Assembly: GCA_012295275.1 (NCBI GenBank) | Contig: CM022674.1 | Coordinates: forward strand, 7,316,001 to 7,380,000 | DNA: 64,000 nt | Source: Chrysomallon squamiferum | Taxonomy: Eukaryota; Animalia; Mollusca | Direction: 5' to 3' | Shown here: piece after piece, positions 1-11,273 of the stretch | Layout: every line of letters starts with the position of its first letter | How positions within the stretch are numbered: the first letter of the stretch is position 1 | Made by a program: the position numbers and the translations under genes | The notes under the pieces: model-generated | The model's database searches: none | The model's input: only the letters and a program-made list of their open reading frames with translations | What the model was told of the DNA's origin: nothing

Positions 1-2564
1 GGCTCCATTCTGATTATCATGGCCTATTCCAGAATCGTTATTGTTTGATGAAATTGGGCATTTCCGCTCAGTTTCATCAGGATCTATGATGTCAGAGATG
101 TGATTTTTTTGAGGTTTGGCAATCATTTGTTTCTTTTTGGAACTATTTTGGCATTCATCATATGATTTTGGAGGTTCAGTATCTTCAGAACTTTGAGTTA
201 CAACCTCTTTTTGTGAAGTTTCATCAGAACTTTCACTCATTACATTGTTTTGTGAAGTGTTGTCAGGACTTTGAGCCATGGCTTGATTTTGAGAAGTGTC
301 ATCAGAACTTTGAGCACCAACCTGTTTTCGTGAAGTGTTGTCAGGACTTTGAGCCATGGCTTGATTTTGTGAAATGTCATCAGAACTTTGAGCACCAACC
401 TGTTTTTGTGAAGTGTTGTCAGGACTTTGAGCCATGGCTTGATTTTGTGAAATGTCGTCAGAACTGTGAGCATGAACCTGTTTTCGTGAAGTGCTGGGAG
501 AACTCTGAGTAACAACTTCTTTTTGTGAAGTGTTTTCACGATTTTGAGCCACAACTTCTTTTTGTGAAGTGTTTTCATTACTTTGAGCCATGACATGTTT
601 TCGTGAAGTGTTTTCCTGATTATGAGCCACGACTTCTTTTTGAGAAGTGTTTTCGTGACTTTGAGTCATGACAGGTTTTTGTGAAGTGTTTTCATGATTT
701 TGAGCCACAACTTCTTTTTGTGAAGTGTTTTCGTTACTTTGAGCCATGACATGTTTTTGTGAAGTGTTTCCACGATTTTGAGCCACGACTTCTTTTTGAG
801 AGGTGTTTTCGTTACTTTGAGTCATGACTTGTTTTTGTGAAGTGTTTCCACGATTTTGAGTGGTGACTTGTTTTTGTGAAGACACTGAACTTCTAACAAC
901 TGCTGAATCAAATTCTGTATTATTTACACTGCTGCCTGATTCAGCTGCTGGTGAATTCAGCAAGAGATCGGTCTCCCCTAATCCTATTGGAACAGATACG
1001 TGACCGTTGCCAAGGCTGGTGTCAGCAGTTGTTGGACCCCCATTGGAGATGTTAAGAGATGCGCGTTCAATAAATGGAAAACTTTCTGTGTTGTCATTGC
1101 TGGTGTTATTGCTCTTATTTCTCAGGTACATTTCTGACAAATATAAATAATATGATTATACTGAATTATTTGAACAGAATGGGTAACGGTGACAAATTTG
1201 AGTAGAAAAAAAAAAAAAAATAACAAACCAAATAATGTGAGTAACATAACATTCTTTCCGCCGAGATTAAAAACAAATTAATGAATGACACATATTTTTT
1301 AATAACAGTTATTATTTGTTTTTCTATGATGATGTTACAAGAGAGGAAACATGCTGATTAAACCTGCTTAGCAGTAAATGGTATTTCATCTGCACCTTCC
1401 TGCAGAATACATTTGATAATGTATCATGAGACACTGTTGGTAAAATAGAAATATTCCAAAATCAAAAAAGTGAAAAATAAATTTTAAAAAATGGAAACAG
1501 TTTACCTTTAATTTTCCTTCTCTTCACAAAGGCAACAACTGCAATGATAACAGCCACACTAGAAAAAATAAACATTGAATTAGTAATGAATGTGTGTGAG
1601 TCAGTGTTTGTGCCTAAACCATAAGTCGAATGTTTACTGTGCCAGGTGTTGTTAATTTGTCACTGTTTGCTGTTCATTTTGTACTATAACTTTTAAAATG
1701 AATCCCAATTTCTCTAGCATTATATTTTTAATAGTCTTTGTATTGTTGTCATTGCTGTTATGTTATTATTATTATTTTTAATATCGTTATTACTGTATTA
1801 ACCACTTTTATTATTTTATTACTATGATTATTTATTATTATTATTATCATCAGTGTTACTGCTGTAGTTAGTCACAGTCACACAGATACACACACACACA
1901 CTCACACACAAACACCCTACGTATAACCCATTAATTTTGTTTTACAACTTAAGAAAAGAACGTAATTAACTTTGCTGGGAAAAAAATAAAAAATAAAAAA
2001 TACTGTTCAACCTCCTCCAAAAATGATTTAAAAAACCAGAAGAAAAGTATTAAAAAAAGAGAAATGAATCAGGTAAAAAACATCCAAGATAAAATATTTA
2101 ATCAATTAATATATAAGATATTTACCATGAAACACCACCTCCAAACCAGCCAGCTAATGCGTTTTTTCCTTTTTCCTTACTTTCACCTGTGGTATTAACA
2201 AAACAGAGCTAATTACCAATTTTGACTCATTAATATGTCCTCATTTTAATTCATATTAATTTTTATGATGATGATGATACTGATGATAAAAGTAATAGTA
2301 ATAATAATAATAATAATAATTGTAATGATGATGACGATGATTAAAAATAGTTACAATAATAATAAGAGTAATAATAATAATAATAAGAGTGATAATAATA
2401 AATAATAATCATTGTAGAAAAAAGTAACTAGCTAAAATAGCAATAATGATATTACATCACAATAAAAAAATAATAAATAATATCAACTATAATAATAATA
2501 ACAATATAACAATAACAACAGAACAAAGATAATAAAAGTAACTACTTTAATATCAACAATACCA

Positions 2565-2600
<36 letters not shown>

Positions 2601-5600
2601 GCATAACATCAATACAAAGATTAAGACTAATAAAAATAACTACAATAATAACAATAGCAACAATACTGATAATGATAATGATGATGATCATAATGATGAT
2701 AACAACAACAACAACAATAGTAAAAACAACAACAGCAGCAGTAACAGTAACAAAACAGTCACCTTGTTTTGGTGTAGTTTTAACTGTATGAGTTGATGAT
2801 GGAGTTCCCCCTGCACGAGTTGGTAACGGAGTCTCCTCCCCTGAATGAGTTACTTCACCATCATCACCACCGTCGCAGACAGCATTGGTAGATGTAGTAC
2901 ACGGAGTTTTCATCTTTAATCCAAGTTTTGTACAGCTGAATAAATATTAACGTAACTGTTGAGGTATATAAATGAAAATCTTAAGTCTTGTCACAGTAAA
3001 CAAAGTAAATTTCCCACAGGATGGAAAAACATAAAGAAAGAAAGAAAGAAAGAGAAGAGAGAGAGAGAGAGATAGATAGAGAGGAAGGACAGGAGGGAGA
3101 AAGAGTCTGAGAAAAAGAGAGAGAGCTAGAGAGAGAAAAAGAGAGATATTAAAAATTCAGTATAAAAATGTGTTTCTTGCTTTTGTTGTTGTCGGCAGAG
3201 GCCATAGGCTGATGTGTCGTTTTTGAAAAAGCCAGGAGGACAGTCGACACACTTTCCGTTCACTGGTTGTCTTCCTTTACCACAGGTCTCCTTCAGAGGC
3301 TGACACTGGGCACCAATGCTCTGTTCTAGACCTGGAGGTGGAGAATTCTCTGGTGGAATTGAATAGAGGCCATTTTCTCTGTTACACTCACACTTCTTTG
3401 TAGTAATGGCAGTCATTTCTACAACAAATATAATTTAAGATGAAGAAAGTGCATGTCTATATGTGTGTATAAAGTCATACTAACACACATATATTTTTGG
3501 GGGTCAAACTTTGTAAATAATGGTTTTTAAATGTTAAAAAACTACAAAAAACACTCCATTTATTTAACAAAATATTTTGCTTACCTGGAATCTTTGCACA
3601 TGCTGGTTCTTTGTAACATGTTTTTGGACGGAATGAGTCACTTTTGTAAGACAGTGTTGTTCCTGCAGAACAATTAACACACAGATCTTGTGTTCCGTTC
3701 ACAGAACAGCTCTGAACAAAGTGATCTGAAAACATACAGAATAAACATAAACAATGAACATTTTAATTCTTCCCTGTATAATAACAAGTCCTTAAAGTTA
3801 TAAAGATATTTCTTCAATTTCAAACTAAAGTTTTAAATTTGTATTATATGTGTGTTCTTGTGTGGGCACACGAACATATTCGATTGAATGTATTCAATTC
3901 AAATTCTTTCTAAATTTACATAAATCTTTTAATAAACATAAGTATGCACCAGTGTACAAATATTTTGATTGTTGTTGCAGAAAATGTAAATATTTCAGTG
4001 TAAACTCCTAAACAGCTTCAAGATTTTTGTCATCATTTTTCAAAGTTGTCAGCTAGGTGTTTTTTTTCATTCTTTATGATTACAAATATCATCAGTTCTT
4101 GAATCTTTTTAATGTATGGCTTGTTTCCTTTTATTTTTACTACAGAATAGTTAAAAAAATGTAAAACAATTTAATTATTTTTAGTTATATTAATAAAAAT
4201 AATGATAATAATAATAATAATAATAATGGTATAATAAAAAAATATAACAATAACAACAATAATAATAATTCATAGTGATAATGATGATAAAGATAATTGA
4301 GGTGATGATGATGATAATAAGGTAATGCTGGACTGATGTTCATAATGAGACATTAATTTAACATTTTAGTTTTAAAATATAAAATAATAAATTTTATAGA
4401 CTGGTCAGGCCGGTATTGTCAAAAAATCCACAGTTTTATATGTTCATATCAAACAATCCGAAAAGAATATATTGGTATTTGTACCATTCAGTTCATCTCT
4501 CACAATATATCTAAGTCATATATTTCAACCATATGTTTGATTTTTTTTCTCTTTCGGATAAGGGATCATAATCTGTATGGACATTCAAACCAACCATGAT
4601 CACAATAGACAGGAATGCAGCAGGTTGTCTCCTCTGTTGTTTTATCTAAATGCAGAAGTTGGCCTGGTGGACAGGGATGTTTGTTTGTCTTTTCTTCTGA
4701 TCCAGTTCCCTGAAAAACACGGATCACAATAACACAGTATAACAATATTTAAACTAGTGTAAAAAATATAAATAAACTACATTTTTTTAATTTTGAAATA
4801 ATCTATGCAATTAGATAATACTGTATGTTGTCCTTAGTTGTGTTTCAGGTTATCTTGTTGGGAAAGTCAGGCAATATGTTAATTCCTAATATTACACATT
4901 GCCTAACAACACACACACACACACACAATTACACACAATTACTTTCATATGTATATTTATGCCAGGGTTAATACAGATCAAATAAAAGTGTTGAAATTGA
5001 AAATTATGTATTCACAGAACTTTGATAAACCAGACAGGAGACACTGACTGGAAAGGTGATTATAATTAATGGTATGTAAACAAATACTGGTCAGTGAACA
5101 ATTGACTCCTGATTTATAAAGTCTTAGTTTCTGTATTTACATAATCACACACTTTATCTACACTTTAAGTACCAAATATTTGCTTGTCAGCCTTATTTAT
5201 TTATTTATTATAATTATTTTTAATAATATAGAAATCAAAACATGATTGTCATAATTGTTTATGTTAATGTTACATGAATTTATTTCAATGACATTTATTA
5301 GGAAATATTTTAACTTACTCAGTTATATAATGTAGTTTAGGGTTTAAACAGTATCTTTGTGTAGCCACATTATTAAGAATAAAATAATAATAATAAAAAT
5401 TAAAAACACAGGAAAATGTACTAATAAAAATTAAATATATACATGTACAAAATGCTTGAAATTTGTTACATACATATATATATACTTAATTTAAAAAGAA
5501 AATGAACTTTTAAAGGAATATTTATATCTAATTTTCTGTATACACAAAATCCGATGTAAGTACAACTATATATAACAACCAATTTTTTAATAAATTAGTC

Positions 5601-5697
5601 ATTTTACACTTAAATATTTTAAAGCATTACGAAAATTTATACTTACCATATTAAAAATTGTAAAAATTAAAATAAATTTTTTGAATGCCAATTCCAT
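1..5697 (-). CDS. TNF receptor superfamily member, type I membrane protein (3' end runs off the window; at least 655 aa)
   Basis: Phase-consistent exons: 5697-5647 (MELAFKKFILIFTIFNM, signal peptide), 4709-4595, 3725-3585, 3418-3181, 2935-2763, 2186-2126, 1558-1506, 1133-<1. Cys-rich repeats include a typical TNFR CRD (CVDCPPGFFKNDTSAYGLCRQQQNCTKLGLKMKTPCTTSTNAVC), then a Thr/Pro stalk, TM (ALAGWFGGGVSCVAVIIAVVAFV), stop-transfer KRRKIK and a cytoplasmic frame open to base 1. No death domain within the window. Confidence 0.88.
190..885 (-). repeat. Coding 39-bp tandem repeat (about 18 units) with alternating 78-bp higher-order structure
   Basis: Recurring ttttgtgaagtg...tttgagcc on +. In the TNFR frame it reads TSQKQVMAQSNEN / TSQKEVVAQNHEN / ISQNQAMAQSPDN-type units. 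Confidence 0.92.
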
Positions 5698-6316
5698 ACT
5701 AGAAGTCTTTCAGTAGCTGTAATTTGTCATCTGTATTACTACTGTTAGTGTACATCAGTTATCATCTCAGCATCTGAAAAATATGGTATTCCGCAAATCT
5801 GTCAGGGAACATTTACTTAAATCTTGAACACACAAGACACCCCCAAACGATTCTGACATCATCTGGCTTTATCTTGACTGATAAAAACCACAAAAAAAAG
5901 CCGAAAAGGCTAATGTAAGCTAAATGAAAGTCTTTAATCAACATGAAATGTACTGATTTAAGGTCAAACAAAAGTTCATTGCAACACAATCGGATAGAAC
6001 ATCTCTGAAATTCATCGTCAGTTTCTGTTTTTGAAACCATTTAGAATTATTAGCGATATGAACTGCCATAATTTCTTTCGGTGCAAAGTGTTCTGTAAAT
6101 AAAAATAGAATTAATGCTCATGTTAAAACGTGCAACAAATATATTTTCAAGAACTTCCGTTTTACTAGACTGGTATTTAATTGCGTAACACCGAGACTTT
6201 TCCCTGTCATGGGCTAGTTTTGACTGACTCATACTGAAAAAGTCGTAGTCATAGATTACAGTTAATATAATTGTAAACATATATCGACCGTATTTGTAAT
6301 GAACAACAAATATATC

Positions 6317-6351
<35 letters not shown>

Positions 6352-6456
6352 ACACACACACACACACATACAAATTAGTTTTATTACAAGAGAAAACAAC
6401 AAAAATACAAATTATGGTAATAAAAAATAATTATAATGCCAAAACAAAAAAGAAGA

Positions 6457-6511
<55 letters not shown>

Positions 6512-8081
6512 TCTTTTTATTTATTACGTCGTGTGTAAAAATAAATAAAGTAAAAAAGAAAGATCAAATGTTGTTGATTATTGTATATACTCGTCGTCTA
6601 CAACAAAATAAATGATTGGCCATGAATTTAGGTTATTCCCCTTTCCCTCTTTCTTATTCAATAATGAAATATATGATTATATTTACTTCCCGGGAAATAT
6701 ACGATCGAATTTTGAAAACTTTTCACATACATTGTGGGATGTTGCAATTGCTATTTACTTTAATATTTTCGTCATACGATATTATATACAGATAAAACTA
6801 ACAAAATCAACAACAGTAAAAAAAAAAAAAAATAATAAATAAAAACAAGAGAAAACAAAATCATCAACAAAACAAGATGAACCACTAATCGACAAAAAAA
6901 TATTTATTAAAAAAAAAAAAAAACAACTAATAAACGTTTTCGAAAAATAAGACATAAATGTGAAAATTATAGGACACCGTTTTTTTTTTTTTTTTTTTTT
7001 CGAAAGAATTGTTTAAATCAACATACTGATATTTAAAAATTGCTCTAAATGTTTAAAACAAACAATTTTTATTTATTTATTTTAATTTCTTTACATTATA
7101 CATAAATTAAATAAAACAACAACCATAATTATGTCAGATAGCATTTATATATAAATGTCACACACACCCCCCAACATTTTTTTTTTTTTAAATAAGAAGA
7201 AGAAGAAAAGAAACAAGCTTTAAACAGAAAAGGGCATATTTAGACAAAATCAGAAAATGAAATCAAACTGAATTATTTAGCATTTTTATTTAATCCAGGC
7301 AGAGCATTTATTATAACATTTTTATACAGTTCATTTATACACAAAAATTAACAGTGACATTCAAGCGACGTACATTATTGTCAGATTATTATTATTATTA
7401 TTATTATTTTTGTATTATTGCATATTAATTAGGAGAATTTGGCGAGAATTTGTTTTAAGTAGCATAATGTCTTAAATTTCATGATTAGTTGTAATCTTGA
7501 ATATATGTCTATCAATCAGTCAATAAATAAAAATATAAATAGAAGTAAATAAATAAATAAATAATTGTAATAATAATGGTTATTATTATCCGGCGTCCTG
7601 AAATCCGGAAAGACCCGAAAACTGGAAGTTTTTCCCGACGCTATTTTTATAATTCGCGCCCGCGGGTGTTGTCATCACCTAGCAACAGCAGCAGCAGCAG
7701 CAGTATTAATGGTAGTAATACAGCATATATTCACAACATTAGATCTCACTTTGACTTAGCAAAAACATACATGCTCATACATACACCAACACGCATCCAG
7801 AATAGAAAATGGGAAAGTTAACGTTTTAATTTAGTAAACTTGTATTTCATTTCGTAATTTGTTTATCAAAAGCAACACATAAACTTTTTAAATACGAAAA
7901 TAAAAATTCACCCTTAATTTCACTTCTAGTTTCCGTATCCGGTCTTCGGTCGGTTTTCCCCCTCCTTTTTTTTTAATGATACATTTGTTAGATTATTTTG
8001 TGTAATTGTAACACAGACAACCCACCGATTATTAATTTTCTTTGTTCATAAATGTTGATTAATTATACCTTTTTTTCCGTA

Positions 8082-8114
<33 letters not shown>

Positions 8115-8606
8115 TAATAATAATAATAATAATATCGTATTAGCTACCGTCAGTTAAAATAAAATGTTTATTTTATTTATTTATATTCTCTCGTAAATTT
8201 TTAAGATTTATTATACTTAAGATTTTTGTTATTATTATTATTATTTTTTTGTTGTTGTTGTTGGTGGTATTATTATTATGGTTGTTGTTGTTGCAGTTGC
8301 TATTGTTTAAATTATTATTATGTTAATGTTGTTGTTGTTCTTGCTGGTGTTGTTGTTATTGTTGCTGTTGCTCTTATTAGTATTATTTTTCATCTTTCTC
8401 TTCATTTTTATTTCTTCTGTATTAATAGTTTAAAATTAGTTAATTTTATTAATAGACAAAAGATAAATAAAATACGTACCAGTAGTAGTAGTATAGTAAT
8501 ACAAAAATTGCCAGCAGGGTTTTAATAGCTGTTGTAGTTGACTTAGTAACATTAGGCGTACAACAGTAGCAACGAGGTTTGTCAGTTAACCAAGCAACAC
8601 CTATTT

Positions 8607-8727
8607 GGGGAATCCCCCTCCTCTACATGTTAGGGAATTCCCCGTAACGAATTAGGTCAATTTATCGTTTTATCTTTGACGAAGGGTATCAGAACTTCGG
8701 ATTTCACGGTATGAAGTTTATTTTGTC

Positions 8728-8758
<31 letters not shown>

Positions 8759-8780
8759 ATTTTGTACTTCGGGATTTCCC
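8607..8780. promoter_or_regulatory. Cluster of three NF-kB/Rel binding sites
   Basis: GGGGAATCCCC (8607-8617), GGGAATTCCC (8633-8642) and GGGATTTCCC (8771-8780) all fit GGGRNWYYCC; they lie about 2.9-3.1 kb upstream of the TNFR ATG in very AT-rich DNA. Confidence 0.65.
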
Positions 8781-9648
8781 AGGTGAAACTGTGGAGGAAG
8801 TTTTTTTATCGGTAGCAGGAAGAAGGAAATCACGAGAATTTGTCATGAGTTCAAAAAAAAAACAACAAAAAACAGTAATATCAGCCTCCTCCTTTTAAAA
8901 GGAAAGAAAACAGGTGAAATAAACAAACATAAAAAAAAAAAAAAAAAAACAGAACAAACAAACAATCAAATAAATAAATAATTTCCCCCTCAACTAATAA
9001 ACAAACAAACCAACAAATAAATAACTGTAGGGTAAACCCTCTAGTTAGCGGTTTTTTTTTTTTTTTCGAAGAAAATGAGCGTCTTGTGTTGCCATTAATT
9101 CGCAAATATTCTGAACTATTTTAGTATATAACAAAGCAATTTTAATATTGTATTTATATAAATGTTTGAAAGTTCATAATATTTAATTTAAATATTTAAA
9201 AAGTTATGCAATCATACAGAGGCAAGGTGGTGTTTGTTTATGGTTTGAGAACATGGGTTAATTAATATGCACCTCTATGTCATCTGGTGCCTGTGTTAAA
9301 GTGCTTTTTCAGGCTTAAAGTACGCCAAATAATTGTTCACTGAACCAGAAGATCGCTCAAAACAAAGCTTTACTGTGAAATAACAAAAATGAAAAAAATG
9401 ACTGTTGCCGTTATTTTGTTCTGATTATTATTCTTCATAATTATTCTTCTTCTTGTTATTGTTGTTATTATTTTTATTATTATTAATGTTGCTGTTGTTG
9501 TTGTTGTGGAAAAAGTTTTTTTGAAGTTGGATGATACGTTTACAATAATAAGGTTGTTGGGGATACAGATAAATAACAATAATGGTGATACAACGATACA
9601 CATTTATTACGAAAAATTTGAAATAGGAATTAAGTACAATTAAAACGT

Positions 9649-9895
9649 CTGGCCTAGAGAAATAAATACTATAAAACAAAATAAAATATTACAACAGACT
9701 TTCACGAAAGATATATAAAAATTAATTAATCAAATATAGACATGTTATTTATTTATTTATTAAGTTCAGTTAACACAACTGGCCTGAAGAAATAAATAAA
9801 ACAAAATAAAATATTACAACAGACTTTCGCGAAAGATATGTAAAAAAACATATAAAAGTTAATTAATTAAATATATACACATTGTTTATTTATTG
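9649..9895. repeat. Local tandem duplication of about 130 bp (2 copies)
   Basis: ctggcct..gaaataaata...aaaacaaaataaaatattacaacagactttc(a/g)cgaaagatat occurs twice in succession. Confidence 0.75.
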
Positions 9896-10509
9896 CGTAT
9901 AATTTCTTGCTGAAAATAATAAATATGTTTAACATCACATTTTAACAATAACAAGATTTTAGTGTAAAACGTAATGTTTTTGTCTAAGAATAATAAAAAA
10001 CAAAGAAAGGAAAAAGAAAACAAAATAAAAATAATAATTTAAAAAGTTCGCTGACAGCTGCTCTGAATACACTGTGTTATGAAGAGAAAACAAATTTATA
10101 AAAATTAACAACAAATAATATATATACTAGTGTGCATTTATGTCAGTATTGGAAACTGAGTTTTTAATTTAAGAATATTTGAGCGAGAATTAAATTAAAA
10201 AATATTATAGTTGATACTAAATTAACGAATATTTGAGCTGGAATTAAATAAAAATAAGAAAGAAAGAATCGGAAACAAATTAACTACTTATAATTGAATG
10301 AATGAATAAATAATGAATAATGAAAAGAAAAATTAAATACATGTAGTTGTATTTGTGGTTTGTGTTTGTGCACTTTCATAAAAGTTAATAAAAAATAAAA
10401 TAATGGTCCTACCAAAAAAGAAGAAGCAAAAATGTGAATATAAAATGTTTCATTTTAAGGAAAATTTTAATTTAATGTCTTCACCATACATTATTGAGAA
10501 ATAAATGAA

Positions 10510-10553
<44 letters not shown>

Positions 10554-10562
10554 AAATGAAAA

Positions 10563-10601
<39 letters not shown>

Positions 10602-11273
10602 AAAAAAACCCCCTTTCTTCTAATAATAATGAAAGAAAATTTTCGGTTAAATTATTTAATTAGTGTTTTATTTTTCACAACAAAACATATTTCCATTTAT
10701 TTAATTATTATTATCATATTTATTTATTTCTGTATTTATTAGTAACAATAATTAATTAATTAATTAATTTGAGGTTTGGTTTGCTAACTGGTTTTTATTT
10801 CATATTTTTCAATATCTTTATTTTTTTTTTTTTTTTTTTTTTTACTAATATAGCAGCAGCCTATCATATTTACCCACAAAACAAAAAGATTTTCGTTTTC
10901 TGCTGACAGAAAATATGTCTTAATGTCTAACCTCTTACGTCTTAAATAAACCTGCTGGTAAAACAGTATCTTCTCTTTTCTGTTAGCAGAACAAAACGTC
11001 TGTCAAATGTCTTTTTTCTACTAAAAGAATAATAAAATGTCTGATATACTGGTAATATTATGTCTTTCTTTTACCAGTGGAACTGGATATTGCTATACAA
11101 AATTTAATTTTGATAATAACTGTTTGTTTGTTTTTTTTTTTTTTTTTATTTTATTTTATTTTTTTTTTTCTGCTGGTAGCAAATATGTGCAGTATCTTCT
11201 GCACCCGCCAAAGTACATTTTCTTTCACTCTACCAGCAGAAACAAACTCTAAGTTATTCCTATTATTACCAAG

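Noticed and set aside
13-36. DSGIGH in the TNFR tail as a beta-TrCP phosphodegron
   Set aside because: Lacks the second Ser of DSGxxS; too weak.
162-596. ORF-track ORFs 162..512 (+) and 240..596 (-)
   Set aside because: Shadow frames of the 39-bp repeat; the spliced TNFR frame (codons starting at 1131, open to base 1) is the coherent one.
2542-2762. Hydrophobic TM-like tail of ORF 2542..2913
   Set aside because: Read-through past a good donor (G|gtgact) into AAC/AAT/GAT microsatellites; a proper TM is encoded by downstream exons.
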